DNA from: Octopus vulgaris
Lineage: Eukaryota
Assembly (NCBI GenBank): GCA_951406725.2
Contig: OX597816.1
Span: 169,384,001 to 169,448,000 of the forward strand
Direction of reading: 5' to 3'
DNA: 64,000 bases
Shown: positions 39,964 to 54,737 of the stretch, one piece after another
How positions within the stretch are numbered: the stretch's first letter is position 1
Layout of the letters: each line of letters starts with the position of its first letter
Notes under the pieces: generated by a model
What the model was told of the DNA's origin: nothing
Database searches by the model: none
What the model saw: only the letters and a program-made list of their open reading frames with translations
Position numbers and translations under genes: made by a program

Positions 39964-40000
<37 letters not shown>

Positions 40001-40170
40001 TATATATACATATAAATATATATATATATACGTATATATACATATATCTACATGTACATATATATACATGTATGTATATATATATGTGCATATATACATA
40101 CATATATATATATATGTATATATATATATAAATATATATATGTATGTATATATATAAATATATATATATA

Positions 40171-40316
40171 TTGGTAGAAAATTCGAAAGATTTTCTACCA
40201 GTGGCTAACATGCATAAAATAGTCAATAGACAGCATGTTATTCATATGGAAAATTTCTCTTACCCTATATATTTTCTTACCCTATATATATTTTAATATG
40301 ATTTTGAAGAGAGTTA

Positions 40317-40356
<40 letters not shown>

Positions 40357-41043
40357 TTATTCGCTGCCGAATATAAATGCACTTGCGCGGTGGATTTGAA
40401 CACGGATAACAAATTGTTTTATTTGTTCATTAATGTTCGAAATCAAGGTACAGGGGGTAACTATTGAAAATGCTTTTATTTTTCATCCTCTTCGAAATTA
40501 CTCTTAACCGTGGTTTGAACTTAGACTGTTCCTTTTAGCATATAAGGTTAGTGTTACCTCTTTTGTGTATAAAAGTACACTAATTTTATATGAGTAATAT
40601 GTTGTCTATTGACTATTTTATGCATACTAGCCACTGGTAGAAAATTACTCTAATTTTCCTACTCCTGTATATATTTTTAATATGATTTTCGTAATTTTGA
40701 AGAAAGTTGTTACATACATTTTTATTCGCTGCTGACTATATCTGCGCTTGAGCGGTGGATTTGAAAAATTATAATTTATAAAGATGACACATGTGCTGTT
40801 TATTTGTCCCATAATTATACGTTAATTTTAGTGCTCTTGCTAATGAAGAACATAGATAACATATTATTTTATTTGTTCATTAATGTTCGAAACCTAGGTA
40901 AAAGTTGTAACTATTGAAAATATATTTTTCATCCTTTTCGAAATTACTCTTAACCGTGGTTTGGACTTTGACTGTTCCTTTTAGCATGTAAGTTGTCCTG
41001 TTAGGCTCACCTCTTTTGTGTATAAATATATACACTAATTTTA
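40171..41043 (+). mobile_element. Older PLE pLTR-like tandem/inverted element with a decayed hammerhead at 40834-40904
   Basis: Direct repeats about 450 bp apart; inverted arm 40190-40247 vs 40587-40646; TA-flanked. Confidence 0.6.
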
Positions 41044-41052
41044 TATATATAT

Positions 41053-41134
<82 letters not shown>

Positions 41135-41474
41135 ATATATATGCGCGTATGTAGACAAAAAGTTATGTACATATGTTAATATATATAAGTGAACAGATAT
41201 ACTTGCATATATAGTTAGTATTGTATACGCAATTGAGAACATACCAAATGCTTTAGCTCACAGACGCACACACATGCGCACCTGCGCACCTTCGCTCATG
41301 CCGACATATAAATTTGCACAGACATGCAGATATATTGTATTAAACTTTCCTCTGCATTTGTATTATTCAGTTTATATAAACTTCTGCAGTGTTCTTTTTT
41401 TCTTTTCTATTTCTCCAGATATTAATTTAACTGCTATATGGAAAAGACACATTGCAGATTTCAGAAAAAAAAAA

Positions 41475-42309
41475 ATGATGAATTTATCGGAAAAATATAT
41501 TGTGCTAATAATTATATTTCTTGGCCAATACGCAAGGCGTTGCACAGTGAACGAGCAATCATACGAATTTGCAAATATTACAATGGATGGTGATTACATA
41601 ATAGATTTTGTTCTTTCAATCCACGAAGGAAACCGTCCGGATGAAGATACTGTCATCAGCGTTGATAATGTAGTAGCCGTTGAAGCAATAATTTCAGCCA
41701 TCGAATATATTAATGAGGATGCCTCACTTTTGTCTAATGTGTCTCTTGGATATGTGATTCATGACGATTTCAACAGCCCGCAGCAAGTTTCTGCAATAGC
41801 CATGAAGCTGTCACAACGTATCCTGTCGAACAGTTTATTGACTAGTGGGTATCAGCTCTGTCCGAATAAGAGTAATGGTTGTAGTCAATCAGAAGCAAAC
41901 TTTTCCATTGTTACCGAGTCACACTCTTTCAGTAACGTTAACATTACACAAAGCACAAATTCAGACAATAAATTGAGTAATGAAAACGACGTGGAATTTA
42001 GCGAGAAAAATTACTATAATGACGATGCAAAGGATACTTCAATTTCTCAAAAGCCCGTTGTTGCTGTTGTAGGCAGCAGCACGAGCGATACCACAGTAAG
42101 TTTAGCAATGAATTTGCAGCTGCTCGGCATACCCATTGTCGGGTGTATGGCAACAAGTAACGTTTTCCAGCGATGGCTTTATTTTCCAAATTTCATTCGA
42201 GTGGTTCCGTCTGACAAATTTCAAGCCCAAGCAATCTTTGACATCATTGTCTACTTTGAATGGAGCTACATCTTCGTACTTACGTCTAACAATTATTATG
42301 GACTGGAAG
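41475..42309 (+). CDS. First coding exon of a class C GPCR (mGluR/CaSR-like Venus-flytrap domain)
   Basis: Signal peptide, MDGDYII, VEAIISAIEYIN..LLSNVSLGYVIHD, VVAVVGSSTS, FIRVVPSDKFQAQAIFDIIVYFEWSY, YYG; acceptor ttctccag at 41418, donor G|gtaaat at 42309/42310. Confidence 0.9.
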
Positions 42310-42419
42310 GTAAATATGAAAGCAGAATTTACACACGCTTTGCATTAATAAATCAAAATGTTGTTTTTATGTTATGTTATTTAGCAGTGTTTATTTTATT
42401 TCTTATTCTTTTATTGTTA

Positions 42420-42641
42420 TATTTGTTTCAGTCGTTTGACTGCAGCTATACTGGAGCACCGTCTTTAGTCGAACAAATCGCCCCCAGGACTTTGTAAGCC
42501 TAGTACTCAATCTATCGGTCTCTTTTGCTGAACCGCTAAGTTACAGGGACGTAAACATACCAACATCGGTTGTCAAGCGATGGTGGGGGGACAAACATAG
42601 ACACACAAACACACACACACACGCACGCGCGCACACACACG

Positions 42642-42692
<51 letters not shown>

Positions 42693-42790
42693 CCAACAGG
42701 CTTCATTCAGTTTTCGTCTACCAAATCCACTCACAAGGCTTTGGTCGGCCCGACGTTATAGAAGAAGACACTTGCCCAAGGCGCGCCTAC
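42420..42790 (-). mobile_element. SINE family B with internal deletion near the head
   Basis: Reverse complement of family B. Confidence 0.8.
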
Positions 42791-42989
42791 ATTTTGATTA
42801 CATTTTAATAATAAAGATATTCGTTTTTATTAAATTCATAAAAAAAACCTGGCCTCATGAATGTTTACTACAAAACAACTTTTTTTTTTTTTACTTAGGC
42901 TATATTATGTATTAGTTCATTATATTATCTTTGAATAGATATCAAATTATTTTATTAATACTCAACACAACTTAAGTAAACTTTTAAGT

Positions 42990-43860
42990 GAGCAGCTGAA
43001 TTTAGAGGTGGGAGATAATGTTGAGCAAGAGCCAAAGTGTGGATGAACTGCAACTAACACCACCGACGAAAACATTGATCGTATTCACCACATGCTAATG
43101 GATGACAGGCCCTTGACTATACATCAAATATCCAATGCTATTAGCATATCCTATGAGATAGTTGAAAATATTGTGTAAAATGAACTTTGTATGATGAACC
43201 TTTTTGCTCGGTTCATAAGGGCACCAGGTTGATCATGTCACAGGAAAACCTGACATTATTCCAGGCAGATCCAACTGGTTCCCTTGATCGTTTCCTAAGC
43301 CAAGATGAATGTTGGATTTATCACTTTCAGCCAGAGACAATAAGACAATCCATGCAGAGAAAAGAGACAATCTACTCCTCTTCACCTGTTCCAAAGAAGG
43401 CCAAGTTCGTTTCATCTGCAAGGTAGGTGACGGACTCAGTTTTGAGGATGCAAAATACATTGTGCTTATTGACTATCTTCAAAAGGGCCACACCATCAAC
43501 GGAAAGTACTATGCCAACTTGCTGAGGCTGTTACGAAAGGCTATCAAGACCAAAAGCCCTGGAAAACTGACGAAACGAGTCTTGTTTCATTAAGACAATG
43601 CTTCAGTACACAAGTTTTTGGTTTCAGTGGTTGTGTGCGACTGTAGCTTTGAACTGATCGATCGCACTCCAAATTCCTCTGATTTTTCCCTATCTGACTA
43701 TCATCTGTTCCCTAATATGAAAGACCATTTGACTGGGAATCAGTATCGCAATGATGATGACTTCATATCTGCTTGTTGATGACATTTTTAGCAACAGAGT
43801 GAAAGTGTCTCCACCAATGGGATCCAAGCAATGTAACACCGACGGAAGATGTCTGTAGAC
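42990..43860 (+). mobile_element. Decayed mariner transposon
   Basis: SQDECWIYHF, IDYLQKGHTINGKYY, DNA and DYHLFP motifs. Confidence 0.85.
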
Positions 43861-45825
43861 ATCATTATTAATTTGTGGAATATAATGTGTGTTAGGTTAA
43901 TTTATTTAATTAATTTACTTGTTTTTGAAGGTTGTTGTACCCATTGTATTTACTGTACCAGACTCGTTTGTGTATCGTTACATAATTTGATATCTTATAT
44001 CTATTTAAATATCTATCATTAACTAGACTTTATTCATCACAATAAATCTTTTGTATGTTCCTGTCCTTGCGTAGGAGAATCTAAAGGCACGTCTGACTAA
44101 AGATCCTTTGACTGAAATTTCATATACAAATATATTCTTTAACAATATATACTCACACGTTTGTATAGGTGTATACTGGTGAAATATACTTGATGTTTCT
44201 TATCGCAACGTTTATATTAATTGAAAATAGCTTCTTATATTGTTGAACTGTTTATTTAATTAAAAGTTTACTTAAGTTGTGTTGAGTATTAATAAAATAA
44301 TTTGATATCTATTCAAAGATAATATAATGAACTAATACATAATATAGCCTAAGTAAAAAAAAAGTCGTTTTGTAGTAAACATTCATGAGGCCAGGATTTT
44401 TTTATGAATTTAATAAAAACGAATATTTTTATTATTAAAATGTAATCAAAATGTAGGCGCGCCTTGGGCAAGTGGAAAAGCAAGGAAAAACGCAGCAATT
44501 AACCAAATTTTGAAAGGCGCACGAATTAATGGTGTATGAGAGAAAGATACCTCGTTTAGTTCACGCTGCAATTATGTGGTTAGATAAAAAGAGAATGAGC
44601 CCAGAAGCGAACAATTTAGAGAGAAGATACTTATATCAGAGACAATCAAAAGGTTTGCTGCTGACAAATACAGCATCTTTGTAATAGTAAAGATACTTTC
44701 AGAATCAGTAGCCTTGTTGAGTTGGAAGGACCAGAGAAGTTTATACGTTTGATGGCTGGTTATTGTTGTTGTTGCTGCTACTTAGCCCGGAAATCAGTCC
44801 TAAGTAAGCAGATGTATGATTAAAGTCATTTAAGAGTCATGACCATTTCGCTACTTTTTCCCAAGTATGCAACTTTAGGACCAACGCGTTATCTAAAACT
44901 TTGTGTTCTCTGAATTGAAAGTATATGATTTAGCTGCTATTTCTGATAGGTCGATCAACCGCGTAGGCGTTCCCTCTTTGGTCCGTAAAGTTTTTTGTAT
45001 GTGTATACGTTGTAGTAAGACAGCTGTAATCGGGAAGAAGCAGTTGAATGCATGTGTTCAAAGTGGAAATAGCAGCAAACCGGGTAGCAGGTATGGAAAC
45101 GGTAACACCTTTGCAGAAAGTGACTGTGCGAAGCGCAATCTTTTTTTTTTTTTGTCACTCTGACGGCTGTATTGCATATGCAGCAACCATACAACATTAT
45201 GATAGTCATGGTGTGTATAGAAGAAAAATTTCAAGAGTATTTGAAATATTGATATAGATATCGAGGTCATTGCTGTGAATGTTAGAAGTTTGTGTGAGTT
45301 AACACGAATTGTGTGAGATTGAAATTATAGAAGATTATTTCAGAGAGATATAAAGATAGATGTTCTTAATGCACGGCGAGGGTTTGTTGAAAATGCTTAG
45401 ATTCAGCAGATGAATTTAAAAGAATGAGGAAGAATTACTTCGAACCAGAGTGAAAAAAAAATATCGTTGCTGATCTAGATGAGATAGATGATTAATGAGG
45501 AAAGTCGGTCCTACTTACACAAAGGTATTACCTCCCAGGACGAAGCTAGAACACAGAGCGTAGCGTACACAGAAGATATGCTGGCTTGTTGTCAGAAGGT
45601 CAGATTCTTGTGTCTCAGAAAGCAATATGATGTGTTGCTTGCGTGTTGATAAGAAGTGGAAAGTTAGATTGGAATCTAGTGGATTGACTGTACCTCCGTT
45701 TGCGCATAGCAGTAGTTGTCATAAACCAACAACATTCTTAGTATTTTTGTTTCATAAAAAAACAGACGTTTATACAAAATACATTTTGTTTAAGTCTATT
45801 TACAAATATATATATATACACACAC

Positions 45826-46350
45826 ACATATTCAATATAAAATAGTGTACATTTAAACACAAGAGAAAACTACCCTTTAACACTTAATTTTACACGCTAG
45901 CAGAAGCAGCCAAAACGACCAAAAACCACATTTAATAGCAATTTTCGAAGGAAATGAAAAATAAAAACTTTTACCTTGTTATTTTTTGCGGTTATACCGA
46001 GATTTCAAATTTCTTTAGTAAATAAGATAATCTGCTAGGTGAATTTTCATCAGTAACTGGCCTTAACAACTAACTTATAATTCAGAGACAAATAACACGT
46101 GTCCCATCATTATATGTTATAATTTTTCAAAATTCAGCGCGCAGGCTAAGAAAATTGAAACCTAGGTATAATCACAAAAAAAAAAATAAAATAAATAACA
46201 AAGTAAAAGTTTTTTATTTTTCATTTCCTTCGAAAATTGCTATTTAATGTGGTTTTTGTCGTTTTGGCTGCTTCTTCTAGCGTGTAAAATTATCTGTTAA
46301 AGGGTAGTTTTCTCTTGTGTTTAATTGTACACTATTTTATATTGAATATG

Positions 46351-46351
<1 letters not shown>
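45826..46351. mobile_element. Foldback element with ~150-bp inverted arms in microsatellite context
   Basis: 45826-45974 is the reverse complement of 46203-46351. Confidence 0.7.
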
Positions 46352-46398
<47 letters not shown>

Positions 46399-46871
46399 AT
46401 ATATATATATATATATATTGAGAAGTGTTACCGTGTTTATTAGAAGCACCGCATTGGCAGTTGCTTTCTATGACTCATACACGTTTTGCCAGTTAATTTG
46501 TTTCGATAGTAACAAACACGTAGATATTTTTCTTTGTCAGCAAAATTAACTTCGCTTAAAATAATAAGAGCCGGAGTTTAAAAAAAAAGTTAGTTTGATT
46601 AACTTATTCGATGTTGCATTTAATGTGTGCATAATTGTTTCTTACTAGAAAATTACCCCAGGATTCTTAAAAAGTGTTGCAACGTATACTTGTATATTTT
46701 AAAAGTATATTTCTCTTCTCTGATAAATTTCAATTAAGAATGAGCTGATTAAATTCATTCATGGTTTGTTTTGCTTCCACTGACAGCAGAACTGTTGTAG
46801 TACTTCATGTGATTAAAAATCTTGCTGTTCGGAGTGATATTTACATCCTATACAATATTAGTTTGAAATTA

Positions 46872-47912
46872 AGGCAGCGAGCTGGCAGAATCGTTCCCAC
46901 GCCGGGCAAAATGCTTAGCGGTATTTCGTCTACCTTTACGTTCTGAGTTCAAATTCCGCCGAGGTCGACTTTGCTTTTCATCATTTCAGAGTCGATTAAA
47001 TAAGTACCAGTTACGCACTGGGGTCGATATAATCGACTCAACCCGTTTGTCTCCCCTTGTTTGTCCTCTCTGTGTTTAGCCCCTTGTGGGTAGTAAAGAA
47101 ATAGGTATTTCGTCTGCAGTTACGTTCTGAGTTCAAATTCCACCGAGGTCAACTTTGCCTTTCATCTTTTCGGGGTCGATAAATTAAGTACGAGTTACGC
47201 ACTGGGGTCGATGTAATCGACTTAATCTGTTTGTCTGTTCTTGTTTGTCCCCTCTATGTCTAACCCCTTGTGGGTAATAAAGAAATAGTTATTTCGTCTG
47301 TCTTTACGTTCTGAGTTCAAATTCCGCCGAGGTCGACTTTGCCTTTCATCCTTTCGGGTTCGATAAATTAAGTACGATTTACGCACTGATGTCGATTACA
47401 TCGACATAATCCCTTTGTCTGTCCTTGTTTGTCCCCTCTATATTTAGCCCCTTGTGGGCAATAAAGAAATAAGAAACGTTAGCACTCCGGGCGTAATGCT
47501 TAGCGGTATTTCGTTTGTCTAGGGTGGTGTAACTGGCAGAATCGTTAGCACGCCGGGCTAAATGCGTAGCCGTATTTCGTCTGCCGTTACGTTCTGAGTT
47601 CAAATCCCGCCGAGGTCGACTTTGCCTTTCATCCTTTCGAGGTCGATAAATTAAGTACCAGTTATGCATTGGGGTCGATATAATCGACTTAATCAGTTTG
47701 TCTGTCCTTGTTTGTCCTCTCTGTATTTAGCCCCTTGTGGCTAGTAAAGAAATAGGTATTTCGTCTGTCTTTACGTTCTGAGTGCGAAATCCGCCATGGT
47801 CGACTTTGCCTTTCATCTTTTCGGGGTCGATAAATTAAGTACTGAGGTCGACCTAATCGATTGGCTCCCTCTCCAAAAATTTCGGGTTTTGTACATGGAG
47901 TAGAAAAGAATA
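46872..47912 (+). mobile_element. Family C SINE cluster with ~5 tandem core units
   Basis: ~185-bp unit gtatttcgtc...aaagaaatag repeated. Confidence 0.85.
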
Positions 47913-48169
47913 TTAGTTTCAAATGTTGTCACAAGGCCAGCGTTTTCGGTAGCAGTTGTTTGGTGCAAGACGATTATATTGCACTCAGCTGGTACTTATT
48001 TTATTAACTCCTAAAGAATAAAAGGCAAATTCGACCTCAGCAGAATTTGAACTCAGAGCGCGAAGACTAACAAAATGCCGCTAAGCATTATGCCCAGCAT
48101 GCTAATAATTCTGCTAGCTCGCCGCCTTTCGTCTTATTTAATATTAGATTGAGTGTGTATGTATATATA

Positions 48170-49045
<876 letters not shown>

Positions 49046-50429
49046 AAAAAAAGCAAGTATATACATGTACACGTGTGTATATATTTATATATACATATGT
49101 ATGAATATATACATATGTGTGTGTGTGTGTATGCGCGTGTGTGTATGTGTGTTTGTGTGTGTGTGTGCGTGTGTTTATCCATCTAGCTATATTTATCATC
49201 CTTTCAGAAGAATATTATTGACAGTGACTTTGAAGATTCAGCTGGCTTACGTGGCCGAAACTTCGAAGTCACTCTCAATAATACTCTTGTTAAAGAATAA
49301 TATATGTATATTCTACCAAATGTATAGCGTAATTCTTCAATTTAAAATAAAATTGCTTATATTATAACATAAATATTGACATTGTTTTCTCTTATTATTA
49401 TATAATCAAGAGATATTTGTATTGATTTCAACAATATATTCTAATCTATTTGTATTCCTAAATCTCATCCTCTATCGTTTGACCAGTATAAGTTTTGTGT
49501 AAGAGAATACTCATACTCTATGCGCCATTATATTTTACCTATTATGATAAAAACTGTATAGTTATTTATTGACAATATGGTGATGCTGCTGCTGATGTCA
49601 TTAACGAGAGTTTTGAAACTATAGTTAAATCACAGGAGTCTATAGAATTGTTTTCATATGTTCACTATAAGAGCGTATTTATAGATTAGTTGAATGGCAG
49701 ATACTGTCCGATCCCAACACTGTCCTCATCAAAATCTCCCACCAGAAACTTACACTTTATCAGTTTAGCAATAACAGTCTTTAAGTGTACAACATTCTCA
49801 TAAGAGAATTACAAAATCTGAACAAAATTCCCTTGGTATTTTAAAAGGCCTACACGTGTATTTCTTTCTAACATGTCAGTTAAGTTATCTGCAAAAATCT
49901 ACATCTATAGCTGAGCAACGTCTTCCTTTTCGTTGACCCACGAACTAAAGTTGCCATGTATACGGAAAAAAGACAAGCAAAAAAATGATTAAAGCCCTGA
50001 GTATACGTACACAAACACAACGCAAAAGACATTTCTCTCTTCCTTCTTACCTTTATTCCTTCCTTCTTTCTTTCTTTTTAACATTATCCATTCTTTTCTT
50101 TTTAACATCATCCTTGTATATGTTCAGTTCACTGCTGAACGAACGTCTCGATATTTTCTGTCCACCGACCACAGTCAGATGTTTTCCTTGTCCATGTTTG
50201 GATGCCGAAGATTATAACAAAGTTTCCATTTCAGCCTCTACATGGTCTTACCCTCTTTATTTTTTCTAGACGTGGTGTCCATTCTGTCAATTTGTTATTC
50301 CATGTATTGTTCTTTCTTCTAAACAAATGTTCCGCAAAAGACCATTTCAGAGTTTTTATTTTCCAAATGTGACAGCAAAGATCCGCTATGGCTTAGATCG
50401 TGTGGAATAAAACCATCGAAAGAAAACAA

Positions 50430-52565
50430 ACACACTGGAACATTCCACCAGTATTCCTTTTTATTATGAGTGGATATGGCTTCTACCATATTGTGAGCTC
50501 TTATTTCTTTGTCCTCGGGATTATCCATCCGACGGATTTCATTATAGAGTGTCATAGCTACAATATCATGTCTCATCGGTAGATTATACCGTGGTGACAT
50601 TTTCGGACAATTGCTTATGATGTGGGTAATATATTTGGTGTTGACTCCACAATGTCTGTATCGGTCGTCACATTTTGCTGCTTTTCTTGTATCTTTATCC
50701 CTTTTGTGCATCAGGTACTAGGTTGATATTTTCTGTTCCTGGATTTCCAACGTATACTCTTCAAACTGAGAGGCAGTAATCCGGCTGTTGGTCCATGATA
50801 AACTGCTTTGATGATCGATGTTACTATCATCAAGTTTTCTACCAGCGTATCCATGAATAGTCTTCTACTAGAGTAGTCTATCATCTGATGGTACGTTGAG
50901 GTAGAGTCGTGCGACTTCTTTAGGCGTGTATTCTAGGTTATCAGACAAAGAGTATGTATGTCATTATAGAATCGGTTTCTAACCTAGATCCAAGGTTCCT
51001 TCATTGGAATTTCAGCATCAACAACAGGGCATTTTTGTTTGTATGCATGTATGTATGTATTTATGTATGTATGTATGTATGTATGTATGTATGTATGTAT
51101 GTATGTATGTATGTATGTATGCATGTATGTATGCATGCATGCATGCATGCATTCATGTATGTATGTATGTATGTATGTATGTATGTATGTATGTATGTAG
51201 GTAGGTAGGTAGGTAGGTATGTATGTATGTATGTTTCAAGTATGTATTCTAATGCATATAGTTGCATATCTAGACATGCTCATATATATTTAAATGATAA
51301 ACTTCTGGAACGTTTTACAGATTTTTATAGTTCCATTCATGGCTTCGATCTGTAGTTTTGGAATTAGCTTTCTCCATTTTGGATTTTGTAGAAGCCTAAT
51401 TTCTCAAGATTGGTATATAGGTAGTGTGTTACATATCTCAGGGGCCCCAATAATTACAGGTATAAACCTGAACTTGTAATCTGGAAAGCGTAACTGCATA
51501 TTTCTCAATAGTTCAGCATAGGTATTTCCTTCACCGATCTTCAACTTTATGTTAACATCCGCTGGGCAGCTAATTTCTGCAACTGTGAACAGTTTCTCTT
51601 CTCTACCCGAAATCATTATATCAGGTATGTTGTGCTCACATTTTTTGAGGTCTTCACTGTGACATTCCACCAGTATTCCTTCTACCATATTATGGGTTTT
51701 TATTTCTTTGTCCCCGGGAATATCCTTCCGACGGATTTCATTATAGAGTGTCCTTGCTACAACGTCGTCTCATCGGTAAATAATACCATGAGGACATTTT
51801 CGGATAACTGCTTATGATGTTGGTAACATCTTCAGCGAGAACTCCACTAAGTCTGTATCGGTTGTCACATTTTGCTGTTTTTCTGCATCTCTATCCGTTT
51901 TGTGCCTCAAGTACTTGGTTGATATTTGCTGTTCCTGGATTGCAAAAGCATACTCTTCCAATGGTGGGAGGTAATTCAGCTATTGATCCATGATAAACTA
52001 CTTTGGTGATCGATGTTACTATTATCTCCGAGCTTTCTACTAATATATCCATACATAGTCTTCTGCTCATACAGGCTCATCTTTTCATCTGGTGATACGT
52101 TGCGGCAGAGTCGTACGACTTCTTTGAACATGTATTATAGATTATCAGGCACTTGGTTATTCGATACTTGGTGGTTAAAATATGTTGCTGAAAGGATATG
52201 ATGCGACATTCGAAGGTATTTTGGATCGATGTTAAGCCTCTGACGTCTTGCTTTCGTTTTAGGTAAAGGCGGTCTATATCACTGTTTATGTGGAAATTAT
52301 ATGTGCTTGTTAGTAGTTTCCGGGTTTTCAGATCAATGATTCGGATGTCATCAAGCGTCCAGTCACGCTGACCAAATGTTGGTATGAGTACTGGCATATT
52401 GTGGGCTACTGTTTTATTGAATGCAGAGCGTTCTGAGATCCAAATTTTCTTTATTCGGCTGCAATATTCTTTAGTGATACCTATTTTGTTACATGTACCA
52501 TTGCAATATATGCTTTCATCCACCACCAGATACCTATAACATTCCTTGTCAGATAAAGCTGTTTC
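50430..52565 (-). mobile_element. Two decayed R4/Dong-like RLE LINE copies (50430-50955, 50955-52565)
   Basis: RHCG...HIISNCP...MRHDIVA, PDIMI...EISCP, SDIDRLYLKR. Confidence 0.8.
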
Positions 52566-53614
52566 CACAGTGGAAATTTACATAAACTTGTAGTACTGTC
52601 ATCAGCTAGTGTTTGTTTACCCAATTTGGGGTTGTGTACTATCGTAACTCATTATACTACTTTACACAATAAACAACTAGATAATAAAAAATAAACACCA
52701 GTTGACTACACAACAATGTATATAAGATTCCGCAAAAATGACGATTGACAATAGAAACTTCAAACGTGCAAAATAAAATAAAAAGTATCTAAGACCAACA
52801 CACAAAAATATCATTCGCAAAGTAAACCATACAATCTACAAGAATTAACCTTTATATAACTTTCTATAACACAATTCGTCGTTGATGATTGTATTAATTA
52901 TAAAAATATTCCGATGATACTTTGTGATCGACTACAAAGCGCGCGGTAACACGTCTTTATTACCAACATTTTACTTCGAAAATGGTCTTGTGCAAGTCTG
53001 AAAGCGTTAAAGTACTAATGAAATGACAAACGCTATAGTTCCAAGTAAAACTAATTCGGTCTAAAGAAATGTAAAAAGATAACCCTTGGGATAAAAGATT
53101 TAAAACGAAGATACATGCGTATAAATACGTATGTGTGTAAGGGAGAGAGTGTGTGCATGTCTATACTTATATGTACACACACACACCCACACTCGTTCAA
53201 ATACCCCCCCCACACACACAAAGACATTCTATTCATACATGACTTTATATATACACAAACATATACACATACATACATTCATATATATTAAATATAAAAT
53301 GTAATCGAAGGTAAGTCGTTGTAACATAGCTCAGTGTGTTGCGCTTGGGTGCGCTAGACATTGGTGCGAAGACGTATAACTTCTTTATAAGAAATGTATT
53401 CGTTGGTTGTTTGAAGTTCGAAGTTAGGTGGGGGTGTCCTTCAGGAAGTAGGATGTTATTTGACTGCTTGTTATTAGCTTCGTTTGGAAGTGAAGTGTAA
53501 TATCTGAGGTACTGGGTCAGGTAACTGGGTGGTGGGAATGAGAAAGCTGGAAAGGAAGGTATTGCAACGCGAAGTGTACTTGGCAGCATTCAAAGGTGTG
53601 CGTGTATATTTGCG

Positions 53615-53708
<94 letters not shown>

Positions 53709-53791
53709 CAACTAACCAACTATCTGTGTGTATATATATCTATATATCTATATATGTGTGTGTGTTTATTGTGTGTATGAATGTGTGTGTG

Positions 53792-53837
<46 letters not shown>

Positions 53838-53861
53838 CACACTCATATATACATATTCATA

Positions 53862-53902
<41 letters not shown>

Positions 53903-53935
53903 CATATATATGTATATATGTATATATGTATATAC

Positions 53936-54046
<111 letters not shown>

Positions 54047-54284
54047 GATGTATATAATGGCGGATATCTCTCGGATAATTTCTTGATAAGGAGAAGTATT
54101 ATTCAGTGAAGCATGAACCATGAAAGTAGAGGAAGGGGAAATATTAGAATTCCGAAAATTCATATCTTCTCTAATGTCAATAGTAAACCAAACCAGTTGC
54201 TAGCATTGAGGAAATGAAACATATTGGTGATTTAAATTCGATCACACGCTGGTCATGTTTGAGCTCATTCACATAATCGAACAT

Positions 54285-54354
<70 letters not shown>

Positions 54355-54690
54355 ATATCTATGTGTGTGTATATATATATATATGTACATACATGCATAC
54401 ATATATACATACTTACATAAGTATACATATATATATATATATATAAACATGCATATATATATACATATATATATATACATATATATGTATATAAATAAAT
54501 ATATATATATACATATACATACATACATATATATGTATATATATATATATATATACATACATATATATATCCATATATATATGTATATATATATATACAT
54601 ATATATATATATACATATATATATGTATATATATATGTATGTGTATATGTATATATATGTATGTGTATATATATACTTATGTATGTATGG

Positions 54691-54737
<47 letters not shown>

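Larger units (their letters stand above)
38880..39969 (+). mobile_element. Non-coding retrozyme/pLTR-like array: ~2.5 direct 360-362-bp units plus a 172-bp inverted arm, within (TA)n
   Basis: Units start 39052, 39412, 39774 and are nearly identical; inverted arm 38880-39051. Confidence 0.9.

Noticed and set aside
39052-39969. CRISPR-like array
   Set aside because: Whole units are identical with no unique spacers; eukaryotic context
41274-42497. 407-aa ORF as a complete gene
   Set aside because: Both ends run through splice sites into intron and SINE sequence; only 41475-42309 is supported
45110-45257. DGCIAYAATI as the next GPCR exon
   Set aside because: No in-phase acceptor and a stop follows soon; similarity is too short
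54120-54172. TAGAGGA...GGAA/TTCC-GAAA in a TA-flanked insert
   Set aside because: Too degenerate to call a hammerhead from one copy
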